Shown here piece after piece: positions 9,862 to 17,973 of a DNA stretch of 27,887 bases; the first letter of the stretch is position 1, and the number at the start of each line of letters is the position of its first letter. Below the pieces are notes generated by a model. The model ran no database searches. It was not told the DNA's origin and was given only the letters and a program-made list of their open reading frames with translations. Source of the DNA: Candidatus Hydrogenedentota bacterium. GTDB lineage: Bacteria; Hydrogenedentota; Hydrogenedentia; Hydrogenedentales; GCA-2746185. Location: NCBI GenBank assembly GCA_046583315.1, contig JAYGCN010000157.1, positions 1 through 27,887 of the forward strand, read 5' to 3'. The translations under genes were made by a program, and so were the position numbers.

Positions 9862-11039
9862 TTTCTTTTGAAGAGGCATACGCGACCGCGCTCGCGTCGG
9901 TCCGATTGATGGGTGCAGAAACGGTGTCGTTGCGCGATGTCGTCGGGCGCGTGTTGGCCCAGGAAATCGTCGCGGACATGGCCATGCCGCCCTTTGATCG
10001 TGCGATGGTGGACGGCTTTGCGTGCCGTCGTGCGGATTTGGGAGAGCCGTTGACGGTCGGAGAGACTATAGCAGCGGGTTACGCGCCGACGCAGCCCATC
10101 ACGCCAGGCTCGTGTGCGTCGATCATGACGGGCGCACCAATACCCGAGGGCGCGGACTGCGTGTTCATGGTGGAGCACAGCGAACGATCTGGGGATGGTG
10201 CGACGGTTCGCTTCGTGAACGAGACGGCCAACGACAATATTGCCGCGATGGGCAAAGATGTGCAACCGAATGATAGCTTGCTGTTGCCGGGGCATCTGCT
10301 GGGCCCGCCCGATGTCGCCGTTTTGGCTTCGATGGGATACGCTGAGGTGGAGGTGGCCTGTCGCCCGAAGGTCGGGGTTATTGCCACCGGTGACGAACTG
10401 GTGGAGCCTTCGATTAAACCGTCGCCGGTTCAGATTCGCAACAGCAACGCGTATTCCTTGTGCGCGCAGGTGGAAGCGACGGGATGCGATGCTATTTTCG
10501 AGGGCATCGCGCGGGACAATGAAGAGTCGTTGCATGCGGTAATCGGCGGGGCCATTGAAGTAAACGATGTGGTACTATTGTCCGGTGGCGTATCGATGGG
10601 CGAGTTCGATTTGGTTCCCACGATATTGAAAGAAAAAGGGATCGAAATTCTCTATGATCGCGTCGCGATTCAGCCGGGCAAACCAACGACGTTTGGAAAG
10701 TCGGATACGGTGTTCTGCTGGGGATTGCCGGGCAATCCGGTGGCAACCTACACGATTTTCGAGTTGGTTGTGAAAGCATTTTTGTATAAAATGATGGGAC
10801 ACGACTACGCACCACCGATGATTCGGATGCCCTTGGGCGAACGCTTCAGCCGAAAATCGGGTGGCCGTAAATCGTGGGTACCCGTGGTTGTGACGCCGGG
10901 AGGCACGATTAAACGCATTCCGTATCACGGCTCGGCGCACATCAATGCGTTGTGTCATGCGCATGGGTTTATTCCGTTTCCAGAAGGGGAGACGGGGCTT
11001 GAAGTGGGAACCATTGTAGAACTGCGATTGACGCGATAA
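9858..11039 (+). CDS. moeA: Molybdopterin molybdenumtransferase
   Basis: PPFDRAMVDGFA, IMTGAPIPEGADCV, ATGDEL, SGGVSMG, IQPGKP and GLPGNP motifs. Confidence 0.95.
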   Translation: MISFEEAYATALASVRLMGAETVSLRDVVGRVLAQEIVADMAMPPFDRAMVDGFACRRADLGEPLTVGETIAAGYAPTQPITPGSCASIMTGAPIPEGADCVFMVEHSERSGDGATVRFVNETANDNIAAMGKDVQPNDSLLLPGHLLGPPDVAVLASMGYAEVEVACRPKVGVIATGDELVEPSIKPSPVQIRNSNAYSLCAQVEATGCDAIFEGIARDNEESLHAVIGGAIEVNDVVLLSGGVSMGEFDLVPTILKEKGIEILYDRVAIQPGKPTTFGKSDTVFCWGLPGNPVATYTIFELVVKAFLYKMMGHDYAPPMIRMPLGERFSRKSGGRKSWVPVVVTPGGTIKRIPYHGSAHINALCHAHGFIPFPEGETGLEVGTIVELRLTR

Positions 11040-11049
11040 CAAAGGGGGG

Positions 11050-11595
11050 ATGATGGGACAATACGATCAAGATCGACTGGCAACGCGCTTCACGAAGGAA
11101 AATCCGTTACAGGTGTTGATCGCGACGATGAGTGATCGCGCCTATGCCGGAGACTACGAAGACGAAGGCGGACCGGCCATTCGCGAATCCATCGAAGAGT
11201 ATTTCGCCAATACGTCGATATCCGTAACGGTGCGCTGCGTGATACTTCCCGACGAAAAACCCGAGCTGGAACGTCGTTTGATCGATGCGCGTGATTCAGA
11301 CACGGATCTGGTGATTACCACCGGTGGTACCGGCGTGGGTCCGCGCGATATCACTCCAGACGTAATACTTTCATTGGCGGATAAGGTGATTCCCGGAATT
11401 ATGGAAGCCATTCGCGCGAAATACGGGGTCGATAAACCCCTGGCCACGCTGAGCAGGACGGTGGCTGCCGTGATGGGCAAAACACTGATTTATGCGTTGC
11501 CCGGTAGCCCGAAAGGGGTGGCCGAATACATGCCTGAGATCCTGAAGACGATTGACCATGTGCTGTGCGTCATCCACGGCCTGGATGAACATTAG
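11050..11595 (+). CDS. mog: Molybdopterin adenylyltransferase, MogA/MoaB family
   Basis: SDR...YED.GG, TTGGTGVGPRDITPD, PGIMEAIR, LSR and LPGSPKGV motifs; adjacent to moeA. Confidence 0.88.
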   Translation: MMGQYDQDRLATRFTKENPLQVLIATMSDRAYAGDYEDEGGPAIRESIEEYFANTSISVTVRCVILPDEKPELERRLIDARDSDTDLVITTGGTGVGPRDITPDVILSLADKVIPGIMEAIRAKYGVDKPLATLSRTVAAVMGKTLIYALPGSPKGVAEYMPEILKTIDHVLCVIHGLDEH

Positions 11596-11687
11596 CGTAG
11601 GCTTGTCTTTGCGCCTGATTCGGTTTACACTGGACGGCTTGCAATACATTTTCAATAAATCTGGTGTGGTTAAGCAGGAGAATAGCG

Positions 11688-12533
11688 ATGAGACAATTTG
11701 GTCGACTGGTAACAGGATGTTTGGTGGTCGCGATGAGCATCATGAGTGGCGCGTGGGCGGAATCGGATGTTTCGATCACGCCGGATGTCGTGTATGGACA
11801 CAAAGACGGAATGGCCTTGACCTATGATGTCATCAAACCGAAAAAAGCAAACGGCGCTGCCATTATCTACATGGTAAGCGGCGGATGGTTCTCGCGTTAT
11901 TCCCCGCCAGAAAGTGCAGCGAAACGGTTTGCCGGAATGTTGGATAGCGGATATACGGTATACACGGTTCGCCATGGAAGCGCGCCGAAGTTCAAAGTGC
12001 CCGAAGCGGTGGCCGATGTTGAAAATGCGGTAACGCATATCTACGATCACGCAGAAGAACATGGTGTTGACCCGGGACGCCTTGGGGTGTTCGGTGGCAG
12101 CGCAGGTGGACATCTCTCATTGATGCTGGGTTGCGCTACGGGCCCCGTGGGTGAGGCTCCCGATGACGATGCCAAAGCAGGCAAAGGTCGCGTGGCGGCA
12201 GTCGTCGCGTATTTCCCACCGGTTGACTTGCGTTCGATTGTAGGACCGAACGAGCGCTTCCCGGCACTGGAGTTCGAACAGGAAGATGCCGCCTATGTCT
12301 CGCCGATTCTACATGTGACACCGGATGATCCACCAACATTGTTGATACACGGCGATGAAGATAAACTCGTACCGATTCTCACGAGTGAAACGATCCACGC
12401 CGCCTTCATAGAGAATAAAGTCACAACAGACTTCATCACGATTCCCGGTGCAGGACATGGATTTCGCGGAGACGATGCGGATGTGGCCATGCGTGCGGTG
12501 ATCGGATGGTTCGACGAACATCTCGGCGAATAG
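11688..12533 (+). CDS. Exported alpha/beta hydrolase (esterase/lipase)
   Basis: Signal peptide ending AWA; nucleophile elbow GGSAGG; HGDED acid residue; GAGHGF catalytic His; AGGAG RBS before ATG 11688. Confidence 0.9.
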   Translation: MRQFGRLVTGCLVVAMSIMSGAWAESDVSITPDVVYGHKDGMALTYDVIKPKKANGAAIIYMVSGGWFSRYSPPESAAKRFAGMLDSGYTVYTVRHGSAPKFKVPEAVADVENAVTHIYDHAEEHGVDPGRLGVFGGSAGGHLSLMLGCATGPVGEAPDDDAKAGKGRVAAVVAYFPPVDLRSIVGPNERFPALEFEQEDAAYVSPILHVTPDDPPTLLIHGDEDKLVPILTSETIHAAFIENKVTTDFITIPGAGHGFRGDDADVAMRAVIGWFDEHLGE

Positions 12534-12591
12534 TCACCGAAACGAAATGAAATGAACGCGTGGCGGCATCAGTTGGATGTCGCTGCGCTTT

Positions 12592-13335
12592 TTATTTGAC
12601 GCCCCACGCGGCCACTTTCCCGCCGTATCGATTGAGGAATGGAACCGCGCCGAGTATCGATTCGAATCCCATACGGATGGGTAGTGGCAGGAGTTTTGCC
12701 GCGTTGCCGGGATAAAAATCCATTGTGGAAACGCTGAGCTGTTGCACGGGATTGGTGTCGAACCATGCGCGAACCTGGGCGGGGGAGTACATTCGGGCAT
12801 AATAGCCTTTGTTTAATGGGCAGAGGCTGTTCTGGAGGAATATGAGGAATCGTCCTCCCGGTTTCAGTACGCGCAGCAGTTCTGCAATGCCTTCAGGGGG
12901 TACATCAAGATGCTGGAATACGCGCGCGGAATATACGACATCGAACGAGGCATCGGGCAGGCTCAGGGATGTCAGGTTTTCTTGTTGCCAGGTAATTTTG
13001 TTCCCGTTATTTTCTTCGCCGATGAATGATTTCCCGAGATTGAGTGCGTCCTGTTGTAGATCGATTGCGGTGATGTCGAGATCGTGATGCGATTCGAGAA
13101 CCCCCAGTAACAGTCGGCCCCATCCGCAACCGGCGTCTAGAATTTTATCGCCGTTTAGAATACGTGCATAGCGATTGATGACGCGAACAGAGTTGTGCCA
13201 GGTGTGGACATAGGTATAGCGATCAAATTCCTCGCGAAATTTATCCGAGCCGGTTTGGCCTGCTAGCGAAGAGTAGTATCCCTTCCAGGTTTTTTCCGTT
13301 TCGGCAGAGTCTGCATTTCTAAGGCCCACGTTCAC
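12592..13335 (-). CDS. Class I SAM-dependent methyltransferase
   Basis: ILDAGCGWG, AIDL, FDVVYS..VFQHL and LRVLKPGG motifs. GTG start overlaps the upstream TGA (GTGA). Confidence 0.92.
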   Translation of the reverse strand: MNVGLRNADSAETEKTWKGYYSSLAGQTGSDKFREEFDRYTYVHTWHNSVRVINRYARILNGDKILDAGCGWGRLLLGVLESHHDLDITAIDLQQDALNLGKSFIGEENNGNKITWQQENLTSLSLPDASFDVVYSARVFQHLDVPPEGIAELLRVLKPGGRFLIFLQNSLCPLNKGYYARMYSPAQVRAWFDTNPVQQLSVSTMDFYPGNAAKLLPLPIRMGFESILGAVPFLNRYGGKVAAWGVK

Positions 13336-14225
13336 GATTCCATTCGTTTTTTGATTTGGTCGGTGATGGGTTGCGCCCAGTTCGCCGACATTCCTTTTAA
13401 GCCTCGACTGTTCTCTACCTGGTTCTCAATGAAATCAAAGACGAGCCGTCCTGCGGTGTCTGAATCAATGCCGCATGCGCCGCAGTAACGCGCGATGGCG
13501 TCACAAACCATGTTTCTATATGACGTAGAGGCTACAAGTACCGTATTGATGTCCTCGGTCGTTAAGGCGAAATTACGTTCTTCCTTGTCGCGCTGATACT
13601 CACCTCCGGCAACGTTTTGTCTGACAAGCTTTCGATTGCGCAAAGCGACTCGGTAGTAAAGCACAAAATGGAGCAGGTCGAACAGTGGATAGCCGTCGGG
13701 TCGAGCATATTCGAAATCATACAGGACTAGGGTGCGACCCTGCCACCCGAGATTACCGAGCCAGAAATCGCGGTGCTGGAAACAGTGTGCATTGCAGATG
13801 GGATCGTCTGGACTTGTTCGTTTGCTCGCATGAAAGAGGTCGATGAGGTGACTCGTGGCCTTCGAGATGTGGTCCGCGACGGGTATCTTTCGTTGGTTTG
13901 GCAAACTACCCATCCATTGACTGCTTGGGAGGAACCGTTGCAGGAAACATTGCGTATCGCCTAGCGTGCAGGTGCCCAATGCTTCTGGAGCGAGCATGCC
14001 GTTGATGTCGAGTCTGGCGAACTCGCGTAACCCCTCGTGTTCTGCTTGGCAGTTGCTGACGGTATCCCAGTGGCCGGGGATGCGAACGATGATGGAGGGG
14101 GCTGTCGCGTTGGGTTCATATAGAAATGCGGTACGTTTTCGCTGCGCATTTCCGACGAGTAGAAATCGCTGTTGGTCGAGTTCGCGATCCAGGGTCTCCG
14201 ACACTGTTTGAATTAGCGGTTTCAT
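13332..14225 (-). CDS. Protein-kinase-like phosphotransferase (APH/choline kinase superfamily)
   Basis: IIVRIP beta3-like strand, alphaC-like AEHEGL, catalytic loop HRDFWLGN, metal-binding LYDFEYA, then GYPLFDL. ATGA overlap with the upstream gene. Confidence 0.78.
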   Translation of the reverse strand: MKPLIQTVSETLDRELDQQRFLLVGNAQRKRTAFLYEPNATAPSIIVRIPGHWDTVSNCQAEHEGLREFARLDINGMLAPEALGTCTLGDTQCFLQRFLPSSQWMGSLPNQRKIPVADHISKATSHLIDLFHASKRTSPDDPICNAHCFQHRDFWLGNLGWQGRTLVLYDFEYARPDGYPLFDLLHFVLYYRVALRNRKLVRQNVAGGEYQRDKEERNFALTTEDINTVLVASTSYRNMVCDAIARYCGACGIDSDTAGRLVFDFIENQVENSRGLKGMSANWAQPITDQIKKRMES

Positions 14226-14719
14226 GAACGCCTTATCCGAATATATACGCCGCGGTAGAGAAATCGTATGCCGGGTCGGAGGGCCAGCAACAGGGCATAC
14301 ACTCGCAGGAGGAGTTGGAGTTTCAGGGGAAGTGAATAACGCCGCGGCAGCAATATTTCTCGAATGAGGAATCGATGGGAGGCTGCGTCGTCAAGCGGAA
14401 ACGAAAATCGCGCTGAATCAAGCGTGGGCAATACGGCTACACCGTCTTCCAGCGACCACCCCTTCGCGACGACACGATCGCTAATGTCATGAAAAGTTCC
14501 GGATTCACGCTTTTGGAGACCAATCCTTCGTGCGAGCCGGTCCAAGAGTTCTTTTTTGGGCGAGAGACGCAGGCCGACGATTAGTGTGGACTCTTCTGAG
14601 GAGTCGATTAGAGATTCAATTGAATGAGATACGTCAATGAGGTGGACGTTGTGAACGCCGAGCGCGAATTGCACGTTGGAAGCTGCGTCGAGATGGTGAT
14701 CGGGCATACTATCCGGCAT
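14222..14719 (-). CDS. Hypothetical protein, possibly a degenerate methyltransferase-like C-terminal half
   Basis: Fills the gap between two genes and overlaps both (11 bp and 4 bp). No intact catalytic motif recognised. Confidence 0.65.
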   Translation of the reverse strand: MPDSMPDHHLDAASNVQFALGVHNVHLIDVSHSIESLIDSSEESTLIVGLRLSPKKELLDRLARRIGLQKRESGTFHDISDRVVAKGWSLEDGVAVLPTLDSARFSFPLDDAASHRFLIREILLPRRYSLPLKLQLLLRVYALLLALRPGIRFLYRGVYIRIRRS

Positions 14720-15332
14720 GTTCTATCCCGGAACCGTTGTTTTTGCGCATGAAGCGAGTACCGTAGACAAGCGCGACGAAATCGTAGACCGCGTGGGACA
14801 GGATTGGGACAAGAAGGCTGTCGGTCCAGACGTAGAGGATTCCGAGATACAGACCGATGAGAGTAGCGAACACAAAATAGGTCAATGATAAGAAATGCAC
14901 GAATCCGAATAGAATCGAGATGATTGCGAGGGCCGCCCAGATACCCATGTGGTCGGCTACAAAGGTCTGAAGCGCACCCCGAAAGAGCGCTTCCTCGCTC
15001 AAGCCAGCCATGATAGATACGAAGGCGATGTCCAGAATGGACACGTTTTTGAACAAGCCGATGACGGGGCCGAAATTTTCGCGGCCAAGTGCGCCAAGTT
15101 TCGTATCTGACTCGGATATTCCGATAATAATGACGAGTGGGGGAACAGCACTGACGATTCCCAGCAGGACAGCGCTTGACGTAACGGACGAGATCTGCCA
15201 GAACGAGGCATCCCGCCACAGTGCGATTCCAACTCCTGCAACCAGCATGAGACCCTCAATGAGCAGCGTCATCATAATCAACTGCGAACGGTTCAACGTT
15301 ATTTCTGCAGAAATATTTTTGTCGTTGGTCAT
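14709..15332 (-). CDS. CPBP family intramembrane metalloprotease (type II CAAX protease/Abi)
   Basis: EEALFRG, FGFVH and HAVYD motifs; multiple TM helices; GAGGT RBS. Confidence 0.92.
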   Translation of the reverse strand: MTNDKNISAEITLNRSQLIMMTLLIEGLMLVAGVGIALWRDASFWQISSVTSSAVLLGIVSAVPPLVIIIGISESDTKLGALGRENFGPVIGLFKNVSILDIAFVSIMAGLSEEALFRGALQTFVADHMGIWAALAIISILFGFVHFLSLTYFVFATLIGLYLGILYVWTDSLLVPILSHAVYDFVALVYGTRFMRKNNGSGIEHAG

Positions 15333-15400
15333 TACGGCACCTCAGTATGCCGGTAACAATAACATAAGGCTCCGCGATGATGGCAGGTGTGACGAGGAAT

Positions 15401-16099
15401 TTAGCAGCCAGACGTCTTTAGTTCTGCGGCCAACCTGACTAGTTCGCCCGCTGCTGCGTATGACGAAAGATAGAGCACGAGATGTTGGACGTTGTAGTGA
15501 TACGTAATGTCCATGATGAGATCGAGCTTGTTATCGCCATCAAGATCGCCGGCCCACAGGAGTCGAGGATAGGCCTCCTCCGAGAGTTGTTCATAGAATA
15601 CGAGTTCTTGGGTGACCGTCGAGTGGCCGTTCTGGCGATAATCCAGATGGAGCGTGTAATTTTTGAACAGTACGTTACCTTCGCGATTTCCTGTGGCGGA
15701 CAGACGATAGAGTTCTACATCTGGATACGGATTTTTGAGTATCAAGGATTGACTCGGGGCCAAGGGGTGGAATCCGTTGTACAGCGTGGGGACGACTCCA
15801 GGCCGTAGCGTTGCCAATCCCTGGAACAAGTACGTGGGGTGTGTCCAGGACGGTGTGCTGACCCGGATACCGGACATCTGCCCGGGTTCGTCAAACATTT
15901 CATCGACGGCGTGTTCCGCATATACAGTGGTATCGACCAGTTCAAAGCCTTTGGCTGTCGGGATCATCGCCAGCCAGTCGTCGCCGGATTGGGCCTTCCA
16001 TTGGCCGCCGTGGTATACGCCCAGTTGGGAAATGTATCCGGGCTGAAACTGGGCGGTCCAGAACTGAATTGTGGCTAAAACGAGGACTGTAGTGAGCAT
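15401..16099 (-). CDS. Hypothetical exported protein with a DxDGD (FG-GAP/Ca-binding-like) motif
   Basis: Hydrophobic N-terminus; WAGDLDGDNKLDLIMD; ends in TSGC. Confidence 0.72.
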   Translation of the reverse strand: MLTTVLVLATIQFWTAQFQPGYISQLGVYHGGQWKAQSGDDWLAMIPTAKGFELVDTTVYAEHAVDEMFDEPGQMSGIRVSTPSWTHPTYLFQGLATLRPGVVPTLYNGFHPLAPSQSLILKNPYPDVELYRLSATGNREGNVLFKNYTLHLDYRQNGHSTVTQELVFYEQLSEEAYPRLLWAGDLDGDNKLDLIMDITYHYNVQHLVLYLSSYAAAGELVRLAAELKTSGC

Positions 16100-16158
16100 A
16101 TCGAGTGTAATACCGCGTTGGGTGCCAATGGCTCCATGCGGTGTGCGGCATCGTTTGC

Positions 16159-16188
16159 TTGCATCAACTCGCGTTTATTTGCTAAGCT
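16159..16188 (+). promoter_or_regulatory. Putative sigma70-type promoter of rplJL
   Basis: TTGCAT, 18-nt spacer, TAAGCT with an extended -10 TG; lies just upstream of the leader RNA. Confidence 0.45.
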
Positions 16189-16219
16189 ATGCGTCTTTGG
16201 TGCGAAAAGTACCAAACGT

Positions 16220-16340
16220 GTCGTAGACCGTCGGTGGCCATTGGCCTTAAATTTGCCTGCAGAGACCGTGGATAACAGATTCGATCTGTGTGAATTGTCC
16301 CGCAATGTCTCTTGTCGACATTGCGGTTTTTGTTTTTTTG
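16220..16340 (+). ncRNA. L10-leader-like cis-regulatory RNA with attenuator hairpin
   Basis: AGACCGTCGGTG-GCCATTGGC-CTTAA-ATTTG-CCTGCAGAG resembles the L10 leader core (AGAC.GUAGG...UUAA...CCUAC.GAG). Terminator hairpin CCGCAATGTC/GACATTGCGG (16300-16326) plus U-tract. Directly upstream of rplJ. Confidence 0.78.
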
Positions 16341-16378
16341 AGAAGCAGTACAAATTATGTTGGAAGGAGGTGAATGAA

Positions 16379-16906
16379 TTGGCAACTCCAGAAAAGGAAG
16401 CAGCCATTGCGGAGCTGAAGGAAAATATCCAGAACAGCTCGGTGGCGATTATGTCTCAGTATCAGGGCATTACTGCTGAGCAAGTAACAACACTTCGTGC
16501 GAAGTTACGTGAGCAGAACGTGACCTATCGGGTATATAAGAATACTCTGGCCAAGCGGGCCCTGGATGAATTGGACCTCAGTGATGCCAGTGCCTATATG
16601 GATGGACCGATCGCCTGGGCCTTCTGCGAGGATCCCGTAGCACCGGCAAAGGTGTTGAAGGATTTCAGCAAGGACGTGGACGTGATCTCCATGCTCGGCG
16701 GCGTGCTGGATGGTGAAGTCATCGACGCATCAAAATTGAACGCACTGGCCGATCTGCCATCACGCGATCAACTAATTGCGCAGGTGGTGGGTACCATCGC
16801 GATGCCGTTGCGTAACCTGGTGGGCACACTCAATGCCGTACCGCGCAACATGGTGAACGTGATAGAAGCCATCCGCAAGAAGAAGGAAGAAGAAGAGGCA
16901 GCCTAG
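16379..16906 (+). CDS. rplJ: 50S ribosomal protein L10
   Basis: YQGIT..Q...LR, VYKNTLAKRAL, DPVAPAK and LADLPSR motifs. TTG start 7 nt after AAGGAGGT; the ORF-track extension to 16118 runs through the leader. Confidence 0.96.
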   Translation: MATPEKEAAIAELKENIQNSSVAIMSQYQGITAEQVTTLRAKLREQNVTYRVYKNTLAKRALDELDLSDASAYMDGPIAWAFCEDPVAPAKVLKDFSKDVDVISMLGGVLDGEVIDASKLNALADLPSRDQLIAQVVGTIAMPLRNLVGTLNAVPRNMVNVIEAIRKKKEEEEAA

Positions 16907-16991
16907 TCTGTTAACGATTCCACCGTGGAATCAAAACTAAAACTTAGAATCCCCGAGGAAATCGGGGATACGATGAATACAGGAGAAAGAC

Positions 16992-17384
16992 ATGTCAGAT
17001 AAACTTGACGGAATTATCGATTCCATCGCCGACCTTTCGGTATTGGAACTGAGCGAACTTGTTAGCGCGCTCGAAGAAAAGTTTGGTGTTGAAGCGGCTG
17101 CCCCGATGATGATGGGCGCGATGCCTGCTGCCGGTGGCGATGCTGGTGGTGAAGAAGCTGCTGGACCTACATCCTTCAACGTGATTCTGAAAGAGCCGGG
17201 CTCTGGTAAGATTCCCGTGATTAAAGAAGTACGCAGCATCACCGGTCTTGGACTGAAAGAAGCCAAGGAAATCGTCGATAGCGCTCCGAAAGCCATCAAA
17301 GAAGGTGTTGACCAGGCTGAAGCGGATGACATCAAAGCCAAGCTTGAAGCTGTTGGTGCTACCGTTGAGCTTGAAGGCGTCTAA
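16992..17384 (+). CDS. rplL: 50S ribosomal protein L7/L12
   Basis: [19 protein letters not shown], Ala/Gly hinge, [20 protein letters not shown] and [19 protein letters not shown]. Confidence 0.98.
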   Translation: MSDKLDGIIDSIADLSVLELSELVSALEEKFGVEAAAPMMMGAMPAAGGDAGGEEAAGPTSFNVILKEPGSGKIPVIKEVRSITGLGLKEAKEIVDSAPKAIKEGVDQAEADDIKAKLEAVGATVELEGV

Positions 17385-17414
17385 GCCTTTCTGACTCAAT
17401 CAGACTTATCTTGG

Positions 17415-17452
17415 ATTGCGGTAACGACCCCGGTCGTTACCGCGATTTTTTT
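17415..17452 (+). terminator. Rho-independent terminator of rplJL
   Basis: ATTGCGGTAACGAC-CCCG-GTCGTTACCGCGAT hairpin followed by a T-run. Confidence 0.88.
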
Positions 17453-17517
17453 GTTTGGATCTGCCAGGTTGTATTTCATCCCTACGGTTTCTATACTGAC
17501 TCCCAAGGAAAATTTTC

Positions 17518-17973
17518 ATGGAAACCAGATTTGTTATCGAGATTGAAGCGTCGGTTGAGACGGTGTTTTATTGGGTCGTGCAGCCCGAAGCGGTGTTGCA
17601 GTGGCTCGACCATCTCACCGCGTACGAATTCACCAATGAAGGCGACGAATGGGTCGGCACCACCGTACACCAAGTTTGGGACGACGACGAAGACAGCGCG
17701 CTCACCGGTACTATCACCGCCTTCGAGGAACACAAACATTTCACCATCGAACTGGAAGGGGGCAAGTTTACTGTAACGGTCGATTATCAGTTCGAAGACA
17801 TGGGCGAAAAAACACGCCTTACCCAAGAGACCGAGTTCACCTACAAAGGCATGACCAAAGTCATCGAGAAGACCATGGGCGCCAAGGTCAAACAATCCTA
17901 CGAAGCACAAGCCAAAAGCAATTTCGCCCGCCTAATGGATCTTTGTGAAGTCGACGAACGCATCGAAGAGTAA
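17518..17973 (+). CDS. SRPBCC (START/polyketide cyclase-like) family protein
   Basis: IEIEASVETVF...PE...QW start, T..TRLT strand and a long C-terminal helix; about 150 aa. Confidence 0.82.
   Translation: METRFVIEIEASVETVFYWVVQPEAVLQWLDHLTAYEFTNEGDEWVGTTVHQVWDDDEDSALTGTITAFEEHKHFTIELEGGKFTVTVDYQFEDMGEKTRLTQETEFTYKGMTKVIEKTMGAKVKQSYEAQAKSNFARLMDLCEVDERIEE

Noticed and set aside
12534..16099. RiPP cluster interpretation of the protease/kinase/methyltransferase genes
   Set aside because: I found no credible short precursor ORF or adjacent dedicated transporter; kept only as a remote alternative.
16118..16378. 87-aa N-terminal extension of L10 in the ORF track
   Set aside because: It spans the promoter, leader and terminator. 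A strong SD precedes TTG 16379, which gives a normal-length L10.
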